From the NCBI GenBank assembly GCA_030324005.1, contig JARDVH010000059.1, forward strand, positions 76,273,088 through 76,332,953: DNA of 59,866 nt, written 5' to 3'. Source of the DNA: Negaprion brevirostris (Eukaryota). Made by a program: the position numbers and the translations under genes. Positions 1 through 12,964 of the stretch are shown in pieces (the stretch's first letter is position 1; each line of letters begins with the position of its first letter). The notes below the pieces were generated by a model, which searched no databases, was not told where the DNA came from, and was given only the letters and a program-made list of their open reading frames with translations.

Positions 1-999
1 ACCATCAGATCACATGATCAGCTCCTAAAATAACCTGCATCCTTTTTAAAAAATATATCACCCATGTTCCAATGTAGGCCACAAAAACTGGAACCAGCCT
101 CTCACATTCCAAATTCATCTCCAGCCACAAGGAGGTGTTCTGCATCCTAGCACCAGTTACGAACCACAAGTGGCGACAACCTTTGGAGCTTCAGGTCTCT
201 GTTGCACAGAACAGTACCCACCCCCTGACTGTATTGTTTCCCCATCACTACCACATTCCTTCTGCTCTCCCTGCACCATGGTGCCATGGAAAATTTGATC
301 ATCCATCTTGTTGTCCTTCTTATTCACAAGGGTAGCACAGACCTCATGCTTGCTGGACAAAGGTCAAGGGCTAATGTTCCTCCATTACTATATGCTGGAT
401 GCCCATTTCTCTTAGCTAGGCTTCTTCACTTGCTTTTGAAGTTCTGACTATAACTGTTAATCTAAATGCTGGCTTCGGAAAAACATGCCAAAGATTTCGA
501 CCCGCACCAAATTCATCCTTGAATCCATTTATCATTACATGCTACTTGTGTTGTATTCTGTACTCCCACTGTAGGATTCAACAATTTCAGACCATTGAGC
601 AGTCCCTTTTCTGCACAGGGTGCTGGCTGAGGTGAGAAAACTGACATGCAGCTCATCAGCCGCATTGCTGGCTTTTCTTGCCACCTCTGTGCAGAAAAAA
701 GATCTGCAGGCGTGGCCCATGTAGGCTTGTGGCTGGGGCCAGTAAAAACCCGCAACTCCAGGAATCAGGTCGCCTTTTGGGAAAAAAAGGCCCCAAACTC
801 TTAAAAATCAAAGAGCTTCCACTCCCTCACAATATACATGGAGACCAGCCCTCTCACACACAAAATTCCCCCAAACACACAAGCAGAACCCCACAAACAG
901 AGCTCCCCAGAGCCCTCTACAAGGGGGGCAGTGCCTCAGAGGCACCCCCCCCAAAACCAGGGGTGGGGTCTATCTGGGCATGTCCCTTTCAGGGGCTGT

Positions 1000-1030
<31 letters not shown>

Positions 1031-1350
1031 NNNNNNNNNNNNNNNNNNNNNNNNNNNNNNNNNNNNNNNNNNNNNNNNNNNNNNNNNNNNNNNNNNNNNN
1101 NNAAGTCACTGGTGAGGGGGGTTGGGAAGATCAGATACCAGATCTCAGTAGAGAGAATCTCATTTTTTGACCCTCACAGGATTTTGCTCCCATGTCACCA
1201 TTTGCACTCTTGGAAAACATGGGCACAAAAGTCCCAGCCACTGTTTTATACGGCAAATGCAGGTAACAGCTCTGCATTTCCACTTACTGCTCCTCTAGAC
1301 TCACCTTTTGTTTTTCCACTTGTGCTATTACCACCTCCTTTTGCCTTGGG

Positions 1351-2730
1351 TGTGGTAGCATAGTATGTGTCATTGGACTAGTAACTAGAAAGATGCACTA
1401 TCAAGGCAAAGAGATCAAACCCCACTAATGGCATTTTCTGAATTTGAGTTCATTGAATAAATCTGGTTAATGTGACCATGAATTGGATGTACCAACTAAC
1501 TAACTACATTTGGTGATGAAAACGTACCATCCCCATGTTGTCTCATTGATGTGAATTCCTGACCTGAGATGGTTTTTTGAGTTGACACAGAACACCGCGT
1601 ACCAAAGTATTACCAAGAATAAAATGAGGCAGTTCACCCATCATAGAATTTGGATGCAGCAAAGAGACATGCTGCTAAATCAAGACTCAAAAGTTCTCAT
1701 TTCCATCTAGGTATTAATGCCACAGACCATTCATACTCTCAGCCAACATCTGAAACTCCTAAGTCATCATCTGAGTATGTTCTGTCTCACCTTGATAGCA
1801 TTTGACGAAGAGTGACACCAAGGAACCACAGTAAACTCAAGTCAATGGATATCAGGAGGATAAGACTCCCTTGATTGAAGTCATACCTAACATGAAGAAA
1901 GATGATTATGATTGTTGGAGATCAATCATTTCCATTCCTGGAGTTCCTCAGAGTAATGTCTGGGCCCAACTGTCTTCAGCTGCTTCCTCAATCATTTTCA
2001 CTCCATAAAAAAATGCGATGTTGACTGATACTTGCAAAGTTTTCAATTCCATTTGAAACTTCTCAGATATTGAAGCAGCCTGTACCAATATACAGGAAGA
2101 CTTGGACAATATCCAAGCTTGTGCCACTAAGTAGCAAGTAACATTCATGATACAGGAGTAATGACCATTTCCAACAAGAGTCTCTAACCAGTTCTCCTTA
2201 ATATTCAGCAGCATGACCATCAGATTCCCCCAGTGTAACATCCTGCGATCACCATTCAACAAAAGCTTAAATTGTTTAAGCCATATAAATACTGCAGCAC
2301 CAACAGCAGTTCAGAGGCTAGGGTGTTCAGCAAAGTGACTCACCTCCTGATTCCCCAAAGCCTATCCACCGCTAATTCATAAGTCAGGAGTGAAATAGAA
2401 TACTCTCTACCTGCCTGAATGAATGCAGCTACCACAACACTCAAAAATCTGGACATCTTTCAGGAGAAAGTAGCCCACTCAATCAAATCATCCACCAACC
2501 TAAACAAACATGCGTTCCCACTATCACACGTTGACTGTGAATATGTATTATATACAAGGCACATTGCAGAAATTTCCCAAGGCTTCTTTGACAACCCCTC
2601 CTAAATCCGTGACCACTACCATCGAGAAGGACAAGGACAGCAGATGCATTGGAAAGCAGCCACTTGCAAGTTTCCTTCCAAATCTCACAAACCCAACTTG
2701 GAAACATGTCACTGTTTCTTCATCAGTTCT
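1351..2730 (+). mobile_element. Decayed, internally deleted CR1-like LINE with tRNA-like 5' head
   Basis: Head (ggtagcatag...cattggactagtaac...gatcaaacccc) resembles the SINE at 21210-21550. RT motifs follow from ~1795 (gcatttgacgaagagtg ~AFDRVW; ggagttcctcagagtaatgtctgggccca ~GVPQGSVLGP; atgttgactgat ~MFADD). The 3' part matches 5540-5922. Confidence 0.8.
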
Positions 2731-2829
2731 ACACAAACTTGTAACTGATAGGAAGAGTGAGATATTGAGTCACCCAAGCTGTTCCACCATTCAGTGAGAC
2801 AATGGTTAATATGTGATCCAATTCCACAC

Positions 2830-4045
2830 AAGCATCGGGAAGACGAAAGCCATCATCTTCAGTCCTCATGGCAAATGATGTTCCTTAGCCAGCAACTCCA
2901 TTCTTCTCCCTGGTAACCATCTAACGTGAACTGGACTGTTCACAAATGTGGTGGTTAGCTTATGAGGAGAGATTAAATAGACTGGGCCTGTACTCATTGG
3001 AGTTTAGAAGGCTGAGGGGGGATCTTATAGAAATGTGTAAGATAATGAAGGGGATGGATAGGGTAGAGGTAGAGAGATTCTTTCCGCTTAGAAAGGAGAC
3101 CAGAACTAGAGGGCACAGCCTCAAAATAAGGGGGGGGCGCAGTTTAGAACAGAGTTGAGGAGGAGCTTCTTCTCTCAGAGGGTGGTGAATCTCTGCAATT
3201 CGCTGTCCATTGAGGTGGTGGAGGCTACCTCATTGAATATGTTTAAGTCATGGATAGATAGATTTCTGATAGACAAGGGAATTAAGAGTTATGGGGAGCA
3301 CGCGGGAAAGTGGAACTGATCCACTTCAGATCAGCCATGATCTTATTGAATGGAGGGGCAGGCTCAAACAGCTAGATGGCCTACTCCTGCTCCTATTACT
3401 TATGTTCTTATGGTGTGTGTGACCCCAAGATGATCTTCTGATTATATATTGGCAGTAAAATCCCCTGTTGTGACTTCAATATCACCACTAGCCCAGCCTT
3501 GTCTATTACTGAAACCCTCATCCATGCCTCTGCTGCCTCTAGACGTGAGTATTCCAATGTGCACCTGATAAATATCCTCTTTAAATTTAGGGTCATGAAA
3601 ATCTCTACTGCCCATATCCTAACCCATGACCACACTTTGCTTGTGGATTCACGCTGACTTGCGGTTAAACAAAATGTTCAGCTTGAATGTCCTTATCCAA
3701 ATTTTCAAATTCCTTCATGACCCAAATTCTCTCCAGCTGCATAGTCTCCTCCAGTCCCACAACCCTCTCAGATATAAACACTCTTCCAAGTTAGGTCTCA
3801 AACATCTCCAATTTTAAGTATGCCACCATTAGTGACCATGCCTTCAGCTGCCAAAGACCTAAGTTCTGGAATTCATTCTTTAAACCTTTCTTTCCTCCTT
3901 GCACACATTCATGAAAACAGAGCACTTTAACCAAGCTTTTGGTTATATGTCTTGTTATCTCATGTGGCTCAGCATCAAATTTTGTTTGAACAACACTCTT
4001 ATGGAATGCCTTGGAGTGTTTTACAAGTTAGAATGTGCAAGTTGT
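2830..4045 (+). mobile_element. L2 LINE 3' fragment, split by a CR1 insertion
   Basis: ctgaaaccctcatccatgcctctgctgcctctagacgtgagtattccaat ~ETLIHAFVTSRLDYSN, typical of L2 ORF2; homologous to 12180-12890. Confidence 0.8.
2946..3411 (+). mobile_element. CR1 LINE 3' end (5'-truncated)
   Basis: ORF 2946-3158 YEERLNRLGLYSLEFRRLRGDLIE...TRTRGHSLKI is the canonical CR1 ORF2 C-terminus; CR1 3'UTR ends ...tatgttcttatg. Confidence 0.95.
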
Positions 4046-4121
4046 TGTTGGAACTCCCTCTACCAGTATTGTGGGAATATATTCACCACACAGACTTCAG
4101 TGGTACAAGACAGCAGCTTAT

Positions 4122-4383
4122 CATAGATTCCATACAATGCAGAAGGAGGCCATTCAGCCCATCAGGTCTGCATCAATTCTCCAAATTAGCACCCACGCCC
4201 CCCTGCCTAATCCCCATAATCCTGTGCATCCAGCATGGCTAATCCACCTAATCTACACATTTTTGAACTGTGGGGGGAAACTGGAGCACCTGGAGGAAAC
4301 CCACGCAGACACAGGGACAACGTGTAAACTCCACAGACAGTGGCCCATGTCCAGAAATCAAACCTGAGTCCCTGGTGCTGCCC
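4122..4383 (-). mobile_element. HE1-type V-SINE inserted into a LINE 3' tail (4050-4460)
   Basis: ctggagcacctggaggaaacccacgcagacac is the reverse V-domain core; flanks match the 3' tail at 5780-5920. Confidence 0.85.
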
Positions 4384-4469
4384 TCCAGCGTCTTATCAAG
4401 GGCAATTAAGAATGGGCAATAAATACAAGCCTCACCAGAAATCTGACATTCTGAATATTAAAAAAAAAT

Positions 4470-4680
4470 CCCTTTTGTCCTTTCATCCCATTCCTGTCCA
4501 TGCCTCTGTTTTTGCTTAAAAACGAGTTACATATCAAGTTTCTTCCAGTTCTGATGAAAGATCATCAATCTGAAATGTCAACCATCCTTCTCTCCACAAA
4601 ATCTGCATCATCTGGAGTATTTCTGGAATTTTTTGATTTACTTCAGATTTGCAGCATCTGCATTGTTGTCTTTTTGCTCC
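4470..4680 (+). mobile_element. Penelope-like element 3' terminal fragment with degenerate hammerhead
   Basis: gtt-ctgatga-aagatcatcaatct-gaaatgtc-aac followed by ctctccaca...cagatttgcagcatctgca; inverted relative to 4770-4900. Confidence 0.75.
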
Positions 4681-4769
4681 GATGACAAACAAGAATCAAG
4701 AACCTCGGCATCATTTCAGCTCAGACAAAACGACAAACTATCAGAGCGCTTCCTTCAAATTTATAACCA

Positions 4770-5510
4770 AAACGGAAAACAATTACTAAAGAAACAGCAT
4801 CTGTGGAGAGGGAAAACAGGGTTAACATTTTAGATTTATTACCTTCCATCAGAATTGAGAAAATTTGAGATGTAACAGGCCTTTAATAACTCTGAAGGGC
4901 GAAGAGGTAGAACAGCATTGGAAAGTCTGTGATAAATGGAATACAGGAGAGATTAAATGATAAAAAGAAATGACAGTACAAGATAAACACAGGAGATGAT
5001 AGTGGATCATTTCCAGGAATCTTAGTGTCCCAAGCTGTCTAAATTGGTAGATTAATCATGCTAAGTATGTGGGTTACGGGAATAGGGCAGGGGAGATGGT
5101 CTGGGTCAAATACTCTAACAGAGTTGGTGCAGATTGGATGGGTTAAAACGGCCTCCTTCTGCACTATAGGGATTCTATGAAAAGATGGATCTAGAAGAAA
5201 AGTAAATGGGAATAGCAACAGCTACTGTCCAAAAACAGGGTCAGAGGGTATGATCTGAAATTCTTGAACTCAACATCAAGTCCAGAAGGCCCCATTCGAA
5301 AGATAAGGTCCTGTTCCTGAAGTATTTTGAGCTTTATTGGACCACTGTTAGAGATAAAAGACAGAGAGGTTGTGTAAATGCGGCAGAGAATTGAAATGAC
5401 AAGCACCAGGAATTTCAGAGTCACACCCATTGACTGAACATAGCTGCTCCACAAAGCAGATCAACCAAACTGCAGTGTGTCTTCCCACAGTCAAGATGAC
5501 GGCATTTTGA
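4770..5510 (-). mobile_element. Penelope-like element: GIY-YIG endonuclease C-terminus plus 3' end
   Basis: ORF 5191-5454(-) contains EQDLIFRMGPSGLDVEFKNFR, matching the PLE GIY-YIG C-terminal pattern EQHLIFRLGTLQPxGLNIEFNNF; terminal sequence at 4770-4860; a SINE fragment is nested at 5015-5180. Confidence 0.8.
5015..5180 (+). mobile_element. HE1-type SINE 3' half
   Basis: Tail ggcctccttctgcactatagggattctatga. Confidence 0.8.
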
Positions 5511-5539
5511 TCTACACCGCATGAAGGAATTCACAAACA

Positions 5540-5922
5540 ACTTCTTCCTCTATCACAGTAGCAGCCATGTGTACCATCCACAAGATGCACTGCAGCAACT
5601 CACCAAGGCTCCTTAGACAGCACCTTCCAAACCCAGGATCACTTCCATCTGGAAGGACAAGGGGTAGCAGATACATGAGGAACACCACCAGCCGTAAGTT
5701 CCCCTGCAAGCCACTCACCATCCTGACTTGGAATCATATCAGCCGTTCCTTCGCAGTCGCTGGGTCAAAATCCTGCGACTCCCTCCCTAACAGCACTGTG
5801 GGTATACCTACACCTCAGGGACCGCAATGGTTCAGGAAGGCAGCTCACCACCACCTTCTAAAGCGATGGGCAGTAAATGCTGGTCCAGCCACTAACATCC
5901 ATGTCCCATGAATGAATAAAGA
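5540..5922 (+). mobile_element. CR1-like LINE 3' end (relatively young copy)
   Basis: ORF 5567-5911 SFAVAGSKSCDSLPNSTVG...FRKAAHHHLL; tail gatgggcagtaaatgctgg...cccatgaatgaataaa shared with other copies in the window. Confidence 0.9.
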
Positions 5923-6347
5923 ATACCAAGTGAGTGCTCTGATTCTCACCAGATGCACATACACTCCTCAAATACGTGTCAGAGCTCAGTAAAGTTGGGG
6001 GGGAGAGAGAGACCTGTTACTGTTCCTTACTTTTACAGAGTGTTGTCCAGACTCCTCTGGCATTTATGACTTTGTTTCTGGCGATCTCAATAATAGAATT
6101 TCCATATCCTGTACGCCCCAGGATATCTCTAACGCATCCCGTAATCCTCTTCTTGTTTCTCCAAACTCACTCTCATCCACACGCAGGCTCTCTCACACAC
6201 ACTCTGCTTATAGGGAAATGTAACGTGGCGTTTTGTGTCTGGAGGGCCATTACAGTTCCTTCAATTCAGTACATTTTCAGTTATATACACACTGACGCAA
6301 ATATAATGTGACACAAGGCATTCTGAATTTATTCCAACACCTGGCTT

Positions 6348-6663
6348 AGAATCAAAGAATTCCTACAGTGCAGAAGGAGGCCATTCGATCCATTGAGCCT
6401 GCACCGACTAGAATCCTACCCAGGCCCTATTACCATAACCCCACATATTTACCCTGTTAATACCATGGCACTAGGATTAATTTGGCATGGCCAATCCACC
6501 TAATCTTTAGAATTTGGGAGGAAACCGGAGCACCCGGAGGAAATCCACGCAGACACGGGGACAATGTGCAGATTCCACACACACACACTGACCCAAGCCA
6601 GGAATCGAACCCGGGTCCCTGGCGCAGTGAGGCAGTATTACTAACCCACTGTGCCACCGTGCT
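6348..6663 (-). mobile_element. HE1-type V-SINE, near full length
   Basis: Reverse strand reads a tRNA head (cacggtggcacagtgggttag...gggttcgattcc, A and B boxes), the V-domain and a CR1-like tail. Confidence 0.92.
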
Positions 6664-8655
6664 GCTCTTAGCTCAGGATCAGTCAGGTAACTCTGACAAA
6701 ATCAAACAAACTGACCTTAGTTTCCTCTTCGACCTGCTCCATGAACAAGTTCAGTTAATTCCAGTTTCAAGGAACCGGTTTTCCAAGGGATTTGGGGAAA
6801 GTTCAGATTGCGAGTTTTACTACTTCCCCCTGTGACCCCCACCTTCCCCCAGCACCCCCACAATCCCCCCTCCTCTCCGTATCATTTGTATCGAAGGTGA
6901 GAAAAGCAGACNNNNNNNNNNNNNNNNNNNNNNNNNNNNNNNNNNNNNNNNNNNNNNNNNNNNNNNNNNNNNNNNNNNNNNNNNNNNNNNNNNNNNNNNN
7001 NNNNNNNNNNNCAACAATCTCACATTAAATTGAAAACACAGGCCTGATCAAAGATTGAGGATGAACGATCTATGACGTATAAAATAACAGCAATAAATAT
7101 ACTGTGCACTTATCAGAAAAGCCACAATTCTTGGCAAACCATCTTACAAATCCTTTCAGGATATTAAAATTCTTCTTGCCCTACAGGCTGGAATATAAAA
7201 ATTGATACTGAAGCAGCCCACAAATCTTTACATATTGAAAACTGGTAATAAAATTACTGGGAACTTCACATTAATACAGGATTCATAGTTAGTCTTCCAT
7301 TGGTTCCTGCTGCTGAACAGACTATTGTGATACAAAGATACAGTAACTTGAGAGAGAATAAAAAAAAACAACTACACCTAGGACAACCTGATCAGAACAT
7401 CCTCTTTTGAATGTAAAGATTAGCCAAGAAAGTGGTGGTCAGGCACAAACCCAGCAATGTTTCAACCATTAAAAATGCAGTCTTTCTTTTTAAATGCCTG
7501 TCAGTTGAATTTCTGTATATTAGGCAGTCTGTACAATCAATAACACTGACTCAAAAAGCAAAAGCTGCACCTATAAAGCAAGTGAGCACCGTAAAACCTG
7601 TCACTGCAGTGCAGTTTGTCAATCTGACAAAAGCACAGGTCAGAGGATTCTAGTTTTACCGTAAAGGTTTAGGAGGAAAGAAGATCTTTTACTATAAGTT
7701 AATCTATTTATTCTGGGATTGAGCTAATTCAGTAGAATTCACACGCATGCACTCTGGACACTCCACAAGAAAACAGCTGGGATATTAACATGCTGGAGCC
7801 TGGTTAAATAAAAGCAGAACTCATATGTTACAAAAAGTGAGAAAGTGCTATTTTTAGCCTTAACGTTACAAGGTAGAGCCAGTGATAAGAATGGCCACTA
7901 TATAGACCTGACAGCCACACCACAACTTGCAATGGAATTTAAAGCCAACATGTAGAATGCTGAAAGAATTGCCTGTTCACAAAAAGAATGCCTTTTTAAA
8001 AAGTACCAAAACCTATTGTTTTCTTGTATGAACTATGCCTGCAAACATAAGCAGTGATTGCTCAGTGAATAATGAGTTAAATATAAATGTTGTTTCTTTT
8101 CCTTCTGGAATACAAATGAGAGATCAAAAAGAAACCATTTATGTCAAGACTACTGGTGCTGTCAGCAGTTTTCAGTTTCCTGTATGAATGCCACAAGTTG
8201 CATGCTGTTAAGTGTCCAGCAGTGCCTAAAATCCTCTGGTCACACACATCCATACGGCAAAAAACCTTATTTTTTGTCAAACTCCTCAGACGACATAAAG
8301 CTCGATTTTATGGCAAGCTTATCACTTAATTTTATTAAGCAAAAACAAATGGCTGATTACTTATATTTTGCCCAAGTTTAAGTTATAAAAGTTGAACATT
8401 GACGATACACAAATATGGGCAAATGTGGTGAGTTAGTGGTTAATTGCATTGATGATCGCATTTCTGAGTAAAATTTAGAAATGCACAGATGACAAAAGGG
8501 TCAAAATAGATTGATGTTTATTCTTGTTTCAAGTGAAGATTACATTTCAGGAGTTTTTTTTCCAAATCATTGCGCAGAAAGAAACTTCTGTGCAAAAATA
8601 CAAGAATCTGAGGCCTCTTATTTATCTATGACTGTTGCTCAAAATAATGGCATAT

Positions 8656-8930
8656 AACAAAATACACCCAACATTAAAAGGACAGTTTGGAGGTTAAACA
8701 TTTTCCTTCATTCTAATTCTTAATTCTGTTACCACATTAAACAAACAAATTCAATCTCACTTTGAATTTCAAACCAATAAATTAAGAACTGTAAAAGCCT
8801 TTACCACTACATCGAACATAAAATGCACCCAACATTAAGGGACAGTTAATTGGTTAAACAGTTTCTTTCATTCTAATACTGTTACCACATTAAACAATCT
8901 CAGCTCAAATTTTAAAATAAATACTTGGAA
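8656..8930. repeat. Diverged tandem duplication, period ~161 bp
   Basis: cacccaacattaa(aa/g)ggacagtt...ggttaaaca...ttcattctaat...ctgttaccacattaaacaa occurs at 8665 and 8826. Confidence 0.9.
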
Positions 8931-9158
8931 CCAGAGTGAAAGCTGACATGGACTAAAATAGTAATTTACAGCGTTCAGACCAAATCTCTGCTGCATTAGT
9001 TAGATAAACAGTTCAACATTATCTGATCACTGGTATAGTTTTCAGGTGAATATTAGATAAACCAAGCTGAGCACTGTGCTAAACATTATATTTAACATGC
9101 TACAAATGTAACAGAAGCAGGCCATTTAACTCCACAAATCTGTTCCATTATTGGTCCA

Positions 9159-9247
9159 ATAAAATGTCCAACAGGTTTATTTGGAATCAGTGGTGTTGTG
9201 AGACATCTTACAATGCCCACTCCAGTCCAATGCTGGCATCTCCACAT
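9159..9247. mobile_element. Tiny Penelope-like insertion with internal inversion and 13-bp target duplication
   Basis: cattattggtcca flanks both sides (9146-9158, 9248-9260). ccaacaggtttatttgg is the reverse complement of the sequence near 52906-52920, and is followed by sense tggtgttgtgaga. Confidence 0.75.
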
Positions 9248-9804
9248 CATTATTGGTCCAGATCATGGATAGTCTGTGGTGTATCATCCTTGCTCCATAC
9301 CTCATAAAACCTTAGTTAATATCTATTTCAGATATGAAAATCAATAATTGATGCAGCATCAATTGCGATTTGCAGAGAAGTTCCAAATTTTTAACAGTGT
9401 GTTATAGTGTGCCCTATTTTCACTCCCTCAACACCTGCCTCAGGTACCAGATTCCCCAACCAGCAGAAAAGGCTGTTCCCTGTCTATTTGATTTGTTCTT
9501 CTTAATACTGGGAGCCTCAATCAAAATACCCCTTAACCTTCCCCTAAACTCTAGGGAAAACAACAATGCTTTGTCAGCTATTCTCATAACTTAACAGTTG
9601 ATTCCAGGGATCATTCTGGTAAAATTATCTTGTACTCCTTCAAAGGCCTAGATATCATTCCTAATTGTTCACAGTACTCCAGCTATGGTCTAACGAAGGC
9701 TTTGTATAGCTCATGCTCAAGCATGACTTTACCCCCTTGAATTCCTATCCTTCAGATTGAAAACGAAAGCATTCTATTAGCCTTTTGGATTATTTTCTGC
9801 ATCT

Positions 9805-9977
9805 GTTAGGTTGATTGGCCATCCTAAAATTGCCCTTAGTGTGCTGAAATGTGTAGATTAGAGGATTAGTGGGTAAATATGTGGGGATATGGGGTAGGGC
9901 CTGGGTGGGATTGTGGTCGATGCAGACTCGATGGGACGAATGGCCTCTTTCTGTTCTGTAGAGTTTCTATGATTTCT
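9805..9977 (+). mobile_element. HE1-type SINE 3' half
   Basis: gttaggttgattggccat...gggcctgggtgggattgtggtcgatgcagactcgatggg...tttctatgatttcta. Confidence 0.88.
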
Positions 9978-12179
9978 ATTCATGACAAATTAATCTGAAC
10001 CTTCAAGTTTCTTTGGGCTCCCATTATTTTTAGCTTCTCACGTCAAAAGCACCCTGTTCTATCCTTCTTAGTTAGAAAATGGATGACTGCACACTTGTCC
10101 ATTCAATTAAGCCATCGATATCCCTTTGTAGTTTTATGTTTCCATCTACACAGCTTACAATGTCACTTATCTTTATGTCATCAGCAATCTTGGATATATG
10201 GACTGCTATTCCACCACCTAAATCACTAATAAATATGGTAATTACACCAATCCATGTGGGACACTACCAGCTAGATCCTGCCAATCAGGCCATGAGCCGT
10301 TATCCTTACTCTTTACCACTCAACCAATTTTCTAATAAGGTCGCTAATTTGCCTNNNNNNNNNNNNNNNNNNNNNNNNNNNNNNNNNNNNNNNNNNNNNN
10401 NNNNNNNNNNNNNNNNNNNNNNNNNNNNNNNNNNNNNNNNNNNNNNNNNNNNNNGCCTCAAATTCAAAGAGGTTCAACTTTATCTAGCAGTCCCTTATGA
10501 ACTTCTTTATCAAATGCCTTCTGGAAATCCATAGACATTTCCTGTCTAAGACTTTATAGAGGACACGATTTAAGAAACCAATTACTTAGCCATTATAGTG
10601 AATCGAAATTTATAAATTATGCAGGTTATACGTGGAGAAATTTTCTCCTCCTCACACTCTTAGGTCTCCTATTGATACTGACCTCATTTGGAATTTGTCT
10701 TGTCTGATGGGGATGGTGTTCCAGAACACGTGTACGAATACATGATTGCTTCTCCCATTCAAACAGTGGGAATAAATTTCCCATCATGACAAATGGGTTA
10801 TAATACAATCACTAGAGAGAAACATTGTGGGTTAGCGGTTTTATGATCAACAAATTGAAAATTATAGTCGGAAAAATTGCCAGCAAAAAAATAAGGGTGG
10901 GGGAGGGACTGCAATTTGGGACAGAGCTTTGTATCACCTCCTTACTGGCCTCATTGAAATTCCTGGCAGTTTCAGAGGTAGAACCGTAATGTACTGACCA
11001 GAAAGTGGTTGGTTGGGACATGTTATAATATGACACAAATGAGGGAATTAGGAAACAGAATGACAAATATATTTTTCTTACACATCGTTAGTAATGTTAA
11101 AAAACACAGATGTTCAAGAATCCCTGGCACGCAGGTTACTAGAGCTGTGGGATGGGGGTCGGAGGTTGGAAATTTATCAGTTTCAGCCAAGCAACTGAGA
11201 ATAGAAAAGTTGCACAGCTTTACTGTAGAAAAGATTCCTTCTCCTTCCTCTCCCACTAATCTTACACCTTCCCCTTCCCGTTCAGGTGGGTGCAGCCATT
11301 GGTCCTCAATATTTAAAATAACCTTGAACTCAAGCTGTCAGACAGTGAAACCTCTCATCAGTGGGTAGTCTGAAGTTCTTTTCCACCACATAGAGCCTTT
11401 CTAGTAGTTAAAAGCCCAAATGAAAATTGCATCTCGTTAAAAAATGATGCATTTTTTGTGATTCAGTACCATTTAAAGAAATAGAACAATTCGCAGAGAC
11501 TGCAGACATCCACAGACTGCTAAAACACTAAGGCAGACATGTCACATATTGATCAGTACGTGAGCAGTATGCAGAGCTGTACAAAAGTAAACTTAATTAT
11601 CATTAATGTATGATAATCTGTACAAAATGTGGCTTCCTGAAACACATCTTCGTTCCCAATAAGGTACAGGGAGGTAGAAAAGAGGACAAAATTACCAAGG
11701 AATCAGTTTTAAAATGGAGACAAATCAAATCAAGTAAAATGCGTCATGTTTTTAATCCTGCCAGAGACATGTAATAGATAATCTCAATGTTCATCTACTC
11801 ACTACCATTACAGTCTCAAAATTAGACTTATGGATAGTCAGGCACTGAGAAACCATTACAATAAAAAATTATTCTGTTAGTGGGCTGCAGAATGAGGTCA
11901 TCCGTTTTCTTCCACAACCTGCAGAAAAATGAAGCCTTTTGAAGCCCGCAAGGCAGTGATAAATAGCAAGGCAGTTACTTTCAAAACAAACCAAAAGGCT
12001 CCAAAAATGTAATTTATATTATTGTCAGCAATTCTACCTCACCACCTCTGGACTCCTCCACTGTCGCTACATTCTACTGCTTACCCAGATAACCAGAAGT
12101 AGTTTCCTCCAGGGGAGACTGAAGCCATTGTTTTTCAATTTCTGCTCCAACAGTTGAAAGAGAAAAAAAACTGGTTCCC

Positions 12180-12890
12180 AAGCTACTGTCTCCATCCCTC
12201 ACCCTGGCAACATTGGGCATTAATATAGTGTTCTCAAACTAGTGTCACTTTTGATCTTGAAATGAGTTCCAGCCTCATATTCATGCCATCGCCAAGACCA
12301 CCTATTTCCACTTCAGCAACACCTCTCAACTTAGCTCATCTGCTGCTGAAATTCTCATTCAAACTTTTGTCACCTCTAGATTTGATTAGCCCAACACAAT
12401 CCTGGATGCTCTCCCACATTCTACTCTCTAAACTGGAGGTCATCTGAAACTATACTGTTTATATCTTTACTTACAGCAAGTCCCACTGAATTACCACCCC
12501 TGCGTTCACTTACATGCATTGGTTCCCAGACAAACAATATCTTGATTTTAAAAACTTTCATCCTCTTTCTAAATCTCTCCACGACCTTACCCCTCCCTAT
12601 CTCTGTACTCATTTCAGCCCATAACCTTTGGAGTTAGATCCTCCAGTTCTGGCCTCTTGTGCATCCCCAGTTTTAGGTGTTCAACCATTGATGGCCGTGC
12701 TTTCAGAAGGCTGGGTCCCAGACACTGGTACTCCCTATCTATACCACTCCACCTCATGTTCCTCCTTAAAACGTAGCTCTTTGATTAAGCTTTTGGTTAT
12801 TTTGTCTCCCCATGTGTCTTAATACTCCTGGTGAAGCTCCTTGGCATAGTTCATTAGGTTAAAAAGCAATATAAAAAGTTGTTCTTGTCA
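12180..12890 (+). mobile_element. L2 LINE 3' fragment
   Basis: ctgaaattctcattcaaacttttgtcacctctagatttgattag (~LIHAFVTSRLDY), tacatgcattggttccca (~LHWLP); homologous to 3412-4045. Confidence 0.8.
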
Positions 12891-12964
12891 TCAGTAGTTA
12901 TTGCAACTACATTCAAATCAGCAAACCTCAGTTCTGAAGCATTTCAATTTACACTGCCTGTTAA

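Larger units (their letters stand above)
9110..10545 (-). mobile_element. Decayed CR1 LINE with nested insertions
   Basis: Reverse CR1 3'UTR at ~9115-9140 and reverse RT motifs (atgtcatcagcaatc ~IADD; tcaaatgccttctggaaatccat ~DFQKAFD). Confidence 0.8.

Noticed and set aside
999-1102. Poly-G run giving Gly-rich ORFs (678-1115, 838-1170, 980-1363)
   Set aside because: The G run abuts an N gap and is likely a sequencing or assembly artefact; the ORFs read through Ns.
6580-6663. tRNA-like A/B boxes as tRNA genes
   Set aside because: These are SINE heads continuing into V-domain bodies; no cloverleaf.
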